Positions 1-9,522 of a stretch of 32,000 nucleotides of DNA are shown here, one piece after another. The translations under genes and the position numbers were made by a program. The DNA is taken from assembly GCF_001457615.1 (NCBI RefSeq), contig NZ_LN831024.1:2430001-2462000 (forward strand). Reading direction: 5' to 3'. The notes under the pieces were generated by a model, which saw only the letters and a program-made list of their open reading frames with translations, was not told the origin of the DNA and made no database searches. How positions within the stretch are numbered: the first letter of the stretch is position 1; the number at the start of each line of letters is the position of its first letter. Source of the stretch: Pseudomonas aeruginosa. Lineage in GTDB: Bacteria; Pseudomonadota; Gammaproteobacteria; Pseudomonadales; Pseudomonadaceae.

Positions 1-593
1 GGCACGAACGCCAGGCACAGGCCGAGGCCGGCGAGGTACTGCAGGGGCAGGGTGCCCAGCGGGTTCTCGCGGATGCCCTTCTGCATGATCGAGCCGCCGG
101 TGACGCCGGCCAGCGCCAGCAGTGCGCAGAGGATGCCGGCCGTGGACATCCCGGCCAGGCCGATGCCCTGGTAGACCACCAGCACCAGGCCGGCCAGGCC
201 CAGCAGCAGGCCGAACAGGCGCGCCGGCGACTGCCGGCGTTCGAGGATGACGGCGGTGAGGATCGGTTGCACGCCGAGGATGGTCGCCATCATGCCGGGA
301 GTGACCTGCAGCTTCAGCGAGAAGATATAGAAGATCGGATAGATCCCCAGCATCACCAGGCCGGTGAGCAGGGCCTTGCCGCGCTCACGCGCGCTGCGCG
401 GCGCGCGCAGCCTGAGCAGCGGGGCGAGCGGCAGCAGGCAGGCCAGGGCGATGCCGAAGCGGAACACCAGGAAGGCGAACGGCGAGGAGTGCGCCAGGCC
501 CCATTTCGAGGCGATGGCCCCGCTGCTCCAGAGCAGGACGAAGAGGCTGGTGCTGGCCAGGCCGGCTAGCGCGGATTTGTTCAGTGCAAACAT
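1..593 (-). CDS. EamA/DMT-superfamily membrane permease, N-terminal ~197 codons (3' end lies beyond the window start)
   Basis: ATG at 593-591 on the minus strand opens a frame that stays open to position 1. It is absent from the ORF track because it runs off the edge. My translation MFALNKSALAGLASTSLFVLLWSSGAIASKWGLAHSSPFAFLVFRFGIALACLL... is a series of hydrophobic helices typical of EamA-domain transporters. Confidence 0.7.
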   Translation of the reverse strand, partial: MFALNKSALAGLASTSLFVLLWSSGAIASKWGLAHSSPFAFLVFRFGIALACLLPLAPLLRLRAPRSARERGKALLTGLVMLGIYPIFYIFSLKLQVTPGMMATILGVQPILTAVILERRQSPARLFGLLLGLAGLVLVVYQGIGLAGMSTAGILCALLALAGVTGGSIMQKGIRENPLGTLPLQYLAGLGLCLAFV

Positions 594-971
594 GGATCTG
601 CCACCTTGTAGTCGGGCATGCCGCGGGCTCGGGCCGGCGGCGGACGGCACGCCTCGGCAGCGGATGGCGCTGCTTGCGGCGGGCTGTGGAAGAGAGTTGG
701 GGCGCTACCGCGCTCGTCAGGGACTGACGCCCGGCGGCGGGCAGGCGGCCGAACCGGGAGGGGGAGGCGGAGGCGAGGCGACTACAGGAGGGGAAACGCA
801 GCCCAGGCTGGCGCACGGCTGGAGCGCGCCGACCTCGCCGGTGGCTACCGGAAGGGCGGGGAGCGAGCTGTGCGAGCGCTGGTTCATGGAGGCTATCCGG
901 TCGATGAAGACAACGAGAGGGACTATAGCGGGCCGTCCGGGATTTGACGAGCCTGTGGGCGAGCCTTGCGC

Positions 972-1012
972 TAAAACGCCAGCCCGGCGACAAACCGGGC
1001 CGGCGCCGGGCT
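972..1012 (-). terminator. Probable intrinsic terminator of the polyamine-binding-protein gene
   Basis: Immediately after the stop at 1013-1015. Arms AGCCCGGCG (981-989) and CGCCGGGCT (1004-1012) are perfectly complementary. On the minus-strand RNA they are followed by GGCGUUUUAG (A-run 973-976 on the plus strand). Confidence 0.5.
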
Positions 1013-2104
1013 TCACTTGCCGGTCTTCACCGTGTTCCAGGTGCGCGTGCGCACGCGGTCGATCTTCTGCGGCATGGATTCCAGGGCGAACAGCTTGGCC
1101 ATCTTCTCCTGCGGCGGGTAGATCGCCGGGTCGGTCTTGATCTCGGCGTCCACCAGCGGGTCGGCGGCCAGGTTGCCGTTGGCGTAGTGCACATGGTTGC
1201 TGATCGCGGCCATCACCTCGGGACGCAGCAGGTAGTTCATGAAGGCGTAGCCGGCCTTCTCGTCGGGCGCATCGACCGGCATCGAGACCATGTCGAACCA
1301 CAGCGGCGAGCCTTCCTTCGGCGTCGAGTAGCGCACTTCCACGCCGTTGTTGGCCTCCTTGGCGCGGGTCGCGGCCTGCAGGATGTCGCCGGAGAAACCG
1401 ACCACCATGCAGATCTCGCCGTTGGCCAGGTCGCTGACGTACTTCGAGGAGTGGAAGTAGCGGATGTACGGGCGCACCTTCAGCAACGCCGCCTGGGCCT
1501 GCTTGTAGTCGTCGGCCTTCTGGCTGTGGTGTGGCAGGCCGAGGTAGTTGAGGGTGATGGGCAGCAGCTCGGGGCCGTTGTCCAGCACCGCCACCCCGCA
1601 CTTGCTCAGTTTCTGCATGTATTCGGGCTTGAAGAAGATATCCCAGGAGTCCAGCGGCGCGTCGTCGCCGAGCACCGCCTTGATCTTCGCCGGGTTGTAG
1701 CCGATGCCGGTGGTGCCCCAGAGGTAGGGGAAGCCGTACTGGTTGCCCGGATCGTTGACCTCCAGGGCCTTGAGCAGCACCGGGTTGAGGTTCTTCCAGT
1801 TGGGCAACTGGGACTTGTCCAGCTTCTTCAGGGCGCCGGCCTGGATCTGCTTGGCCATGAAGTGGTTCGACGGGAATACCACGTCGTAGCCGGATTGGCC
1901 GGTCATCAGCTTGCCGTCGAGGGTCTCGTTGCTGTCGTAGACGTCGTAGGTGGCCTGGATGCCGGTTTCCTTGGCGAAGTTCGCCACGGTTTCGGGAGCG
2001 ATGTATTCGGACCAGTTGTAGATCTTCAGGTTGTCCGCGGCGAGGGTTGCGCCGCTGCCGCAAGCGAGGGCGAGGAGGGTGAGGGAAGCGATGCGGGTCT
2101 TCAT
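1013..2104 (-). CDS. Periplasmic putrescine/spermidine-binding protein (PotF/PotD/SpuD family ABC substrate-binding protein), 363 aa
   Basis: Sits within ORF 1013..2272. The start is taken at the ATG at 2104-2102 (MKTRIASLTLLALACGSGATLAADNLKIYNWSEYI...), giving a signal peptide followed by the LKIYNWSEYI motif typical of PotF/PotD. The similarity pattern runs the full length (GFPYLWGTTGIGYN, ANGEICMVVGFSGD). The 56 codons further upstream are R/P-rich and look non-coding. Confidence 0.9.
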   Translation of the reverse strand: MKTRIASLTLLALACGSGATLAADNLKIYNWSEYIAPETVANFAKETGIQATYDVYDSNETLDGKLMTGQSGYDVVFPSNHFMAKQIQAGALKKLDKSQLPNWKNLNPVLLKALEVNDPGNQYGFPYLWGTTGIGYNPAKIKAVLGDDAPLDSWDIFFKPEYMQKLSKCGVAVLDNGPELLPITLNYLGLPHHSQKADDYKQAQAALLKVRPYIRYFHSSKYVSDLANGEICMVVGFSGDILQAATRAKEANNGVEVRYSTPKEGSPLWFDMVSMPVDAPDEKAGYAFMNYLLRPEVMAAISNHVHYANGNLAADPLVDAEIKTDPAIYPPQEKMAKLFALESMPQKIDRVRTRTWNTVKTGK

Positions 2105-2302
2105 TGTTGTAGGTGTCCTGTCGGCTGACGACAGCGTCGGCGACGGACTGGTTCGCCGCCGGCGCTCAGGGGGCGCCGGCAACGCTGGCCGGCACCCGGG
2201 TTTTATCCCGCGTTGCCGGAAGCGAGGAAAGGGGCGGCTTTTACCTGCGGGCCCGCAGACAGGCGCCGGCACCGCAGCGGGGCGTCGCTCCGCCCGCCTG
2301 CC

Positions 2303-2917
2303 TCAACTCAGGGCGACCTTGACCCCGAGGGCGATCAGCAGGCCGCCGAGCAGCTTGTCCACCACCCCCTGGGCCCTGGCCAGGCCGCGGCGCACCACCG
2401 CGCTCTGGATCAGCACCACCAGCAGCGGCCACCAGAGTGCGGCGAGGCCGACGATGATGCCGGCGTACCAGAGCTTCTCGGCGAAGCTGGAGTCCAGGCT
2501 CAGCACCTGGGTGAACACGGCGAGGAAGAACAGCGTGGCCTTGGGGTTGAGCAGGTTGCACAGGTAGCCCTGGAGGAACGCGCTCCAGTGGCCGACGCGC
2601 TGCACGCCGCCGACCGCCAGGTCGAGCGTGCCGCCGCCGCGCGAGCGCAGGGCCTGGATGCCGATCCAGATCAGGTAGACCGCGCCGGTGTACTTCAGCG
2701 CGTTGAACAGCCACGGCGTGGTGGTGATCAGCACCGCCAGGCCGGCGACGCAGTAGGCCATGTGGGTGGCCACGCCGAGGATCACCCCCAGCGAGGTCAT
2801 CATCGCCGCCGAGCGCTGGTAGCGCGCCGCGTTGCGGATGATCAGGAAGAAGTCCGGGCCGGGCGAGAGCATGCCCAGGGTGGCGAGGGTGGCTACGAAG
2901 AGCGAGGTTTCCAGCAT
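2303..2917 (-). CDS. LysE/RhtB-family amino-acid exporter
   Basis: ORF 2303..2938. N-terminus MLETSLFVATLATLGMLSPGPDFFLIIRNA carries the LysE-family SPGP motif, and the protein has about six hydrophobic helices. I prefer the ATG at 2917 over the TTG at 2938. Confidence 0.85.
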   Translation of the reverse strand: MLETSLFVATLATLGMLSPGPDFFLIIRNAARYQRSAAMMTSLGVILGVATHMAYCVAGLAVLITTTPWLFNALKYTGAVYLIWIGIQALRSRGGGTLDLAVGGVQRVGHWSAFLQGYLCNLLNPKATLFFLAVFTQVLSLDSSFAEKLWYAGIIVGLAALWWPLLVVLIQSAVVRRGLARAQGVVDKLLGGLLIALGVKVALS

Positions 2918-2975
2918 GATTCGATACGCCTGGCGCAAGGCGGCGCCGGTTCGCTGCGGCGCCGCGGGTCGGTGG

Positions 2976-3950
<975 letters not shown>

Positions 3951-4070
3951 GATGGTGTCCTTGTCGCATGGAGAAAGATCAATCAGCCTATTCCGCCCCC
4001 GCCCGCGCGTCCAGACGCGTTCGAACCAGCGGCGCGCCGCGCGTGTCCACTGTCCAGGAGGGCCGTACCG

Positions 4071-5156
4071 ATGAAGAAACGCTATGCCATTCCCCTGGGC
4101 AGCCTGGCGGCGCTGCTTCTGTTGTTGCTGGCGCTGCACCTGGCGCTGCCGTACCTGGTGCGCGACTACCTGAACGGCAAGCTGGCCGACATGGGCGACT
4201 ACCGTGGGCACATCGCCGACGTCGACCTGGCGCTCTGGCGCGGCGCGTATCGGATCGACGGGCTGAGCATCGTCAAGGACAACGGCAAGGTGCCGGTGCC
4301 GTTCCTCGACGCGCCGAGCATCGACCTGTCGGTGAGCTGGCAGGCGCTCTGGGATGATCACGCAGTAGTGGCGCGGGTGGTCTTCGAGCGTCCGCAGCTC
4401 AACTTCGTCGATGCCGGCGGCGACCGCGACGCCTCGCAGACCGGTGCCGGCACCGACTGGCGCGAGCAACTGGACAAGCTGCTGCCGATCACCCTCAACG
4501 AGGTGCGGGTGGTGGACGGCACCCTGCGTTTCCGCAACTTCACTTCGAAGCCGCCGGTGAACCTGCACGCCTCGGCGCTCAACGCCAGCATCTATAACCT
4601 GACCAACGTGGCCGACGCCCGGGGCGAGCGGCCGGCGCGTCTCGAAGGCACGGCGCGGATACTCGGCCAGGCGCCGCTGGAAGTGGCGGCGCATTTCGAC
4701 CCGCTGAGCGACTTCGAGGACTTCGACCTGCGCCTGCGGGTCACCCGCGTCGAGCTGAAGCGGCTCAACGACTTCGCCAGCGCCTATGGCAAGTTCGACT
4801 TCAATGCCGGCACCGGCGACCTGGTGCTGGAGGCCCAGGCTAAGCGCGGTCAGCTGGATGGCTACATCAAGCCGCTGCTGCGCGACGTGGACGTATTCAA
4901 CTGGCGGCAGGACGTGGAGGATGGCGACAAGAACCTGTTCCGCTCGGTGTGGGAGGCGCTGGTCGGCGGTGGCGAGACGGTGCTGAAGAACCAGCGCAAA
5001 GACCAGTTCGCAACCCGTGTGAGCCTGAGCGGTAATATCCACCAGCGGGACGTCAGCGCGTTCCAGGCGTTCCTCGGGATTCTCCGCAACGCGTTCGTCG
5101 AGGCGTTCAACGCTCGTTTCGAGCGTTCCCCGGCGACGCGCGACGACGACGGCTGA
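4071..5156 (+). CDS. DUF748-type (AsmA-like) membrane-anchored protein, 361 aa
   Basis: Same frame as ORF 2832..5156. The start is taken at ATG 4071 ([39 protein letters not shown]...), giving an N-terminal TM anchor and then a soluble beta-rich region. The family call is from recollection of DUF748 N-termini. The part upstream of 4071 is antisense to cysK. Confidence 0.75.
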   Translation: MKKRYAIPLGSLAALLLLLLALHLALPYLVRDYLNGKLADMGDYRGHIADVDLALWRGAYRIDGLSIVKDNGKVPVPFLDAPSIDLSVSWQALWDDHAVVARVVFERPQLNFVDAGGDRDASQTGAGTDWREQLDKLLPITLNEVRVVDGTLRFRNFTSKPPVNLHASALNASIYNLTNVADARGERPARLEGTARILGQAPLEVAAHFDPLSDFEDFDLRLRVTRVELKRLNDFASAYGKFDFNAGTGDLVLEAQAKRGQLDGYIKPLLRDVDVFNWRQDVEDGDKNLFRSVWEALVGGGETVLKNQRKDQFATRVSLSGNIHQRDVSAFQAFLGILRNAFVEAFNARFERSPATRDDDG

Positions 5157-5190
5157 AGACGCGGGCGGAACGGCGGGTCGCGAGGTGGCC

Positions 5191-5214
5191 GGGCATTCAG
5201 TGACTGAATGACCC
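5191..5214 (+). terminator. Stem-loop downstream of the DUF748 gene (no U-tract)
   Basis: GGGCATTCAG-TGA-CTGAATG(A)CCC: 7 perfect bp plus a GGG/CCC extension with one bulged A. It lies 35 nt after the stop. Confidence 0.35.
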
Positions 5215-5318
5215 GTCTGCGTTCACAGTGCGCTTGTCCCCGCGTTATAGTCGGGTTTTCAAACAATACTGAACTGCCCGGTTTTCCAGCCAGGGCGTTA
5301 CCGTTCGAGGATTTCCTG

Positions 5319-6164
5319 ATGAAGTTCGAAGGCACCCAGTCCTACGTCGCCACCGACGACCTCAAGCTCGCGGTCAACGCCGCCATCACCCTGCAGCGGC
5401 CGCTGCTGGTGAAGGGCGAACCGGGCACCGGCAAGACCATGCTCGCCGAGCAGCTGGCCGAGTCCTTCGGCGCCAAGCTGATCACCTGGCACATCAAGTC
5501 CACCACCAAGGCCCACCAGGGCCTCTACGAGTACGATGCGGTAAGCCGCCTGCGCGATTCGCAACTGGGCGTGGACAAGGTCCACGACGTGCGCAACTAC
5601 ATCAAGAAGGGCAAGCTCTGGGAGGCCTTCGAGGCCGAGGAGCGGGTGATCCTGCTGATCGACGAGATCGACAAGGCCGACATCGAGTTCCCCAACGACC
5701 TGTTGCAGGAACTCGACAAGATGGAGTTCTACGTCTACGAGACCAACGAAACCATCAAGGCGAAGCAGCGCCCGATCATCATCATCACCTCGAACAACGA
5801 GAAGGAACTGCCCGACGCCTTCCTGCGCCGCTGCTTCTTCCACTACATCGCCTTCCCCGACCGCGAGACGTTGCAGAAAATCGTCGACGTGCACTACCCG
5901 AACATCAAGCAGTCGCTGGTCAGCGAGGCGCTGGACATCTTCTTCGACGTGCGCAAGGTGCCCGGCCTGAAAAAGAAACCTTCGACTTCCGAGCTGGTCG
6001 ACTGGCTGAAGTTGCTGATGGCCGACGAGATCGGCGAAGCGGTGCTGCGCGAACGCGATCCGACCAAGGCGATCCCGCCGCTGGCCGGCGCCCTGGTGAA
6101 GAACGAGCAGGACGTGCAGCTTCTCGAGCGCCTGGCGTTCATGAGCCGCCGCGCCAGCCGCTGA
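5319..6164 (+). CDS. MoxR-family AAA+ ATPase, 281 aa
   Basis: Within ORF 5208..6164. ATG 5319 is preceded by GAGGA. Walker A GEPGTGKT, Walker B ILLIDEIDKA and the sensor region IIIITSNNEKELPDAFLRRCFFHYI are typical of the MoxR/AAA_5 class. Confidence 0.9.
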   Translation: MKFEGTQSYVATDDLKLAVNAAITLQRPLLVKGEPGTGKTMLAEQLAESFGAKLITWHIKSTTKAHQGLYEYDAVSRLRDSQLGVDKVHDVRNYIKKGKLWEAFEAEERVILLIDEIDKADIEFPNDLLQELDKMEFYVYETNETIKAKQRPIIIITSNNEKELPDAFLRRCFFHYIAFPDRETLQKIVDVHYPNIKQSLVSEALDIFFDVRKVPGLKKKPSTSELVDWLKLLMADEIGEAVLRERDPTKAIPPLAGALVKNEQDVQLLERLAFMSRRASR

Positions 6165-6171
6165 GTGCGTC

Positions 6172-6193
6172 GGCCCTTTCCGGGGAAAGGGCC
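6172..6193 (+). promoter_or_regulatory. Perfect 10-bp stem-loop between the MoxR and GFA genes
   Basis: GGCCCTTTCC-GG-GGAAAGGGCC begins 8 nt after the MoxR stop. There is no U-tract, so it is more likely an attenuator or mRNA-stability hairpin than a full terminator. Confidence 0.45.
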
Positions 6194-6228
6194 GCGGGGC
6201 GGCACGCCAGACAGCGGAGGAACATCCC

Positions 6229-6624
6229 ATGCTCAGCGGAAGTTGCCTGTGCGGCGCGGTACGTTACGAGATCGACGCGCCCATCGAATCGGCCAGCCAT
6301 TGTCATTGCAGCCAGTGCCGCAAGGCCCACGGCGCGGCGTTCGCCACCTACGGCAAGGTGCGTCGCGAGGCGTTCCGCTATGTCGCCGGGGCGGACGCGG
6401 TGGCCGAATACCACTCGTCGCCAGGCGTCACCCGTACCTTTTGCCGCCACTGCGGATCGAACCTGCAGTGGCTCGGCGGCAACGAGGACCCGACGTACAC
6501 CTCGATCGCCCTCGGCACCCTCGACTCGCCGCTGCCGTCGGTAGCGCAGCGCCACATCTACGTGGGTTCGAAAGCCGACTGGTACGTCATCGCCGACGAC
6601 TTGCCGCAGGAACACCAATACTGA
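6229..6624 (+). CDS. GFA/CENP-V-family zinc thiol-lyase-like protein, 131 aa
   Basis: MLSGSCLCGAVRYEI...HCHCSQCRKAHGAAF...FCRHCGSNL matches the cysteine pattern of the glutathione-dependent formaldehyde-activating (GFA) fold. GGAGGA SD upstream. Confidence 0.85.
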   Translation: MLSGSCLCGAVRYEIDAPIESASHCHCSQCRKAHGAAFATYGKVRREAFRYVAGADAVAEYHSSPGVTRTFCRHCGSNLQWLGGNEDPTYTSIALGTLDSPLPSVAQRHIYVGSKADWYVIADDLPQEHQY

Positions 6625-6672
6625 CCGGCGCCCGCGCGCCGGGATCAACGGACAACAGACGAGGTCGCAGCC

Positions 6673-7854
6673 ATGCTGCTCAACCTGTTCAACGAAATGC
6701 GCGCAGCCAAGGTGCCGGTGTCGGTGCGCGAGCTGCTCGACCTGATCGATGCCCTGAAGCACCGCGTGGTGTTCGCCGACATGGACGAGTTCTACTACCT
6801 GGCGCGCACCATCATGGTCAAGGACGAGCGCCACTTCGACAAGTTCGACCGGGCCTTCGGCGCCTACTTCAAGGGCCTGGAGAAGCTCGACGACCACCTC
6901 AAGGCGCTGATCCCCGAGGAATGGCTGCGCAAGGAATTCGAGCGCCTGCTGACCGACGAGGAAAAGGCGCAGATCCAGTCCCTCGGCGGCCTGGACAAGC
7001 TGATCGAAGAGTTCAAGAAACGCCTCGAGGAACAGAAGGAGCGCCATGCCGGCGGTAACAAGTGGATCGGTACCGGCGGTACCAGTCCGTTCGGCTCCGG
7101 CGGCTTCAACCCGGAGGGCGTCCGCGTCGGCGACGCCGGCAAGCGCCAGGGCAAGGCGGCCAAGGTCTGGGACCAGCGCGAATACAAGAACCTCGACGAC
7201 CAGGTCGAACTGGGTACGCGCAACATCAAGATCGCCCTGCGGCGCCTGCGCAAGTTCGCCCGTGAGGGCGCGGCGGAGGAGCTGGACATCGACGGCACCA
7301 TCGACCACACCGCGAAGGACGCCGGGCTGCTCAACATCCAGATGCGCCCGGAGCGGCGCAACACGGTGAAGCTGTTGCTGCTGCTGGACATCGGCGGCTC
7401 GATGGACGCCCACGTCAAGGTCTGCGAGGAGCTGTTCTCGGCCTGCAAGACCGAGTTCAAGCACCTGGAGTATTTCTACTTCCACAACTTCATCTACGAG
7501 TCGGTGTGGAAGAACAACCTGCGCCGCAGCAGCGAACGCACCGCCACCTTCGACCTGCTGCACAAGTACGGTCCGGACTACAAGGTGGTGTTCGTCGGCG
7601 ACGCGGCGATGGCGCCCTACGAAATCACCCAGGCCGGCGGCAGCGTCGAGCACTGGAACGAGGAAGCCGGTTACGTCTGGATGCAGCGCTTCATGGAGAA
7701 GTACAAGAAGCTCATCTGGATCAACCCCTATCCGAAGGACACCTGGAACTACACGGCGTCCACCGGCCTGGTCCGCGAACTGGTCAAGGAACAGATGTAT
7801 CCGTTGACCCTGAGCGGCCTGGAGGAGGGCATGCGCTTCCTCTCGCGCGGTTGA
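6673..7854 (+). CDS. VWA-domain protein of the CoxE / MoxR-partner type, 393 aa
   Basis: ORF 6673..7854. The C-terminal region LLLLLDIGGSMDAH... carries a MIDAS-like DxGxS motif, followed by VVFVGDAAMAPYE. The general architecture matches CoxE-like VWA proteins that pair with MoxR ATPases. Confidence 0.8.
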   Translation: MLLNLFNEMRAAKVPVSVRELLDLIDALKHRVVFADMDEFYYLARTIMVKDERHFDKFDRAFGAYFKGLEKLDDHLKALIPEEWLRKEFERLLTDEEKAQIQSLGGLDKLIEEFKKRLEEQKERHAGGNKWIGTGGTSPFGSGGFNPEGVRVGDAGKRQGKAAKVWDQREYKNLDDQVELGTRNIKIALRRLRKFAREGAAEELDIDGTIDHTAKDAGLLNIQMRPERRNTVKLLLLLDIGGSMDAHVKVCEELFSACKTEFKHLEYFYFHNFIYESVWKNNLRRSSERTATFDLLHKYGPDYKVVFVGDAAMAPYEITQAGGSVEHWNEEAGYVWMQRFMEKYKKLIWINPYPKDTWNYTASTGLVRELVKEQMYPLTLSGLEEGMRFLSRG

Positions 7855-7967
7855 GCCAACTGCCTGCGGGACCGGCGACAGGCGCGGCGGCACGCAACTT
7901 GCCTACCCTGTGTATCCCGTCCGCGCGGTAACAGCGCGGCGCGGCCACCGGTAACGATGGGCACGCC

Positions 7968-8987
7968 ATGATCGACTCGACCTTCTCCCGCGCCACCTGG
8001 CTCAACTCGCTGCACATGTCGACCCTCACTCTCTCGCTGCTGGAGAAGGAAGGGTTCGCCCGCGAGCAACTGCTCGAAGGCAGTGGCATCACCCCCGCCG
8101 ACCTGCTCGACCTGCGGCGCCTGATCAGCCCCTGGCAGGAGCAGCAGGTGTTCGCCAACGCCTGCCGGCTCAGCGACGAGCCGGCCCTCGGCCTGCGCCT
8201 GGGACTGCGCACGCGGATTTCCGCCTACGGCCTGCTCGGCTACGCGCTGCTCTCCGCGCCGACCCTCGGCGAGGCGCTGCGCATCGGCCTCAGCTATCCG
8301 GTCTTGCTCGGCACCTACTTCCACCTGTCGCTGGAAGTCGCCGACGGCCGCGCCTGGCTGGTGGCCACCGGCTACGGCGAGGACGAGGCGCTGCGGCCAT
8401 TCAACACCGAGCTTTGCCTGGGCTCGCTGAAGGTCACCTGCGCCGACCTGCTCGGCCAGCCGCTGCCCTTGCTGGAAGCGGCCTTCGACTATGCCGGCGA
8501 CGAGGCGATGGCGCGGGCCTACGCCGAGGGTTTCGCCTGCGAGTTGCACTTCGAACGCGAGCGCAGCGCCATCGGCTTCGCCGCCGAATGGCTGGAGCGC
8601 CCGTTGCCGCTGGCCGACCCGGTGACCCACCGGGAGATGCTGGAACAGTGCCGGCGGCAGAACATCGACCTGGCCGCGCGTCGTGCCTGGCTGGACAAGG
8701 TCCGGGCGATCCTCGCCGAGCGCTTGCAGGACCCGCCCGGCCTGGAGGAACTGGCCAGGCGCCTGAACTGTTCGTCGCGCAGCCTGCGCCGGCACCTTCA
8801 GCAGCAGCGCACCAGCTACCAGCAATTGCTCGACGAGTTGCGCTTCGCCCGCGCCAAGGAGTTGTTGCAGAGCGGCGACATGCCGATCTACCGGATCGCC
8901 GAGGAACTCGGCTTCAGCGAGACCGCCAGCCTGCGCCATGCCTTCCAGCGCTGGAGCGGCCAGCCGCCGAGCCATTTCCGCGCCTGA
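7968..8987 (+). CDS. AraC-family transcriptional regulator with an N-terminal AraC-binding-like sensor domain, 339 aa
   Basis: C-terminal double HTH (LEELARRLNCSSRSLRRHLQQQRTSYQQLLDELRFARAKELLQSGDMPIYRIAEELGFSETASLRHAFQRWSGQPPSHFR). Confidence 0.85.
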   Translation: MIDSTFSRATWLNSLHMSTLTLSLLEKEGFAREQLLEGSGITPADLLDLRRLISPWQEQQVFANACRLSDEPALGLRLGLRTRISAYGLLGYALLSAPTLGEALRIGLSYPVLLGTYFHLSLEVADGRAWLVATGYGEDEALRPFNTELCLGSLKVTCADLLGQPLPLLEAAFDYAGDEAMARAYAEGFACELHFERERSAIGFAAEWLERPLPLADPVTHREMLEQCRRQNIDLAARRAWLDKVRAILAERLQDPPGLEELARRLNCSSRSLRRHLQQQRTSYQQLLDELRFARAKELLQSGDMPIYRIAEELGFSETASLRHAFQRWSGQPPSHFRA

Positions 8988-8995
8988 GCGCTCGC

Positions 8996-9220
8996 TCAGG
9001 CGGAGGGGCTGGTGTCGGCGTGGCGCCGTCGCCGTTCGTCCGCCACCTCGCCCAGGGATTTTGCCGCGCCGTCGCCAATCCAGGCCATGAAGGCACGATC
9101 GAAGCGGAAGTCGGCGCCGCACAGCCCGACGAGGAAGCGCCGTACGTCCTGGGCGTTGCGCTAGTCGCGGCACACTGCGGTGTCGCGGGTGATGGTGTCG
9201 CCGTGCCAGCCGAAGACCAT
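8996..9220 (-). pseudogene. Possible decayed remnant of a SAP/DUF6434-like small protein gene, interrupted by an in-frame TAG
   Basis: My translation of the minus strand from ATG 9220 gives MVFGWHGDTITRDTAVCRD, then a stop (TAG at 9163-9161), then RNAQDVRRFLVGLCGADFRFDRAFMAWIGDGAAKSLGEVADERRRRHADTSPSA and a final stop (8998-8996). The GxITxDT...C...R.F...G.xFxF...F..W pattern resembles the C-terminal half of that family as I recall it. The N-terminal half is missing. Confidence 0.3.
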
Positions 9221-9247
9221 CTGTCGTTTCTCTGCGCGCGCTGGAGC

Positions 9248-9271
9248 GGGCAGGCCAACGATGGCCTGCCC
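9248..9271 (-). terminator. Stem-loop terminating the toxin-immunity bicistron
   Basis: GGGCAGGCC-AACGAT-GGCCTGCCC, a perfect 9-bp stem, begins 9 nt downstream of the tsi2 stop. There is no U-tract. Confidence 0.5.
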
Positions 9272-9279
9272 ACGGGCCG

Positions 9280-9513
9280 TCAGGATGCCGGCTCTTCGAT
9301 CAGCCGGTCATAGGGCGGCAGGCCGCTGTATTGGCCCAGGGCTTGCTCGTAGGCGTTCTTCAGGTCGTCGGCGGCGAGGTCGTAGCCGACCAGCAACTGT
9401 TCGAGTTCAGCGGCGTTCTGCGGGTCGTCGTTCTGCAACTGCGCGTCGAGTTCGCGGGTGCGCGCGGCGACGCACTGGATCGCCACCATCAGGGTCTGGG
9501 GTTTCAGGTTCAT
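9280..9513 (-). CDS. tsi2: Small acidic immunity protein for the upstream toxin (Tsi2), 77 aa
   Basis: ORF 9280..9513: MNLKPQTLMVAIQCVAARTRELDAQLQNDDPQNAAELEQLLVGYDLAADDLKNAYEQALGQYSGLPPYDRLIEEPAS. It is rich in D/E/Q/L, has helical/coiled-coil character and has no signal peptide. Its start lies 9 nt after the toxin stop, with an AGGAG overlapping that stop. I recognise the sequence as P. aeruginosa Tsi2. Confidence 0.9.
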   Translation of the reverse strand: MNLKPQTLMVAIQCVAARTRELDAQLQNDDPQNAAELEQLLVGYDLAADDLKNAYEQALGQYSGLPPYDRLIEEPAS

Positions 9514-9522
9514 GGTTCACTC

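Noticed and set aside
756-780. G-rich tract GGGAGGGGGAGGCGGAGGCGAGGCG considered as a G-quadruplex or simple repeat
   Set aside because: It has too few regular G-runs for a confident quadruplex and no tandem unit. It is likely just compositional.
364-1140. Track ORFs 364..1140(+), 385..993(-), 618..947(+) and 717..2063(-) around the first intergenic gap
   Set aside because: They overlap the EamA or binding-protein genes out of frame. They are arginine/glycine/proline-rich, lack SDs and show no family resemblance.
6139-7893. 584-aa minus-strand ORF antisense to the GFA and VWA genes
   Set aside because: A GC-artifact frame. The plus-strand genes have SDs and family motifs.
8914-9273. 119-aa minus-strand ORF in the AraC-tsi2 gap
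   Set aside because: It overlaps the 3' end of the AraC gene, has no SD and has a P/A/S/R/T-rich composition. A different frame in the same gap carries the more coding-like, though interrupted, remnant reported above.
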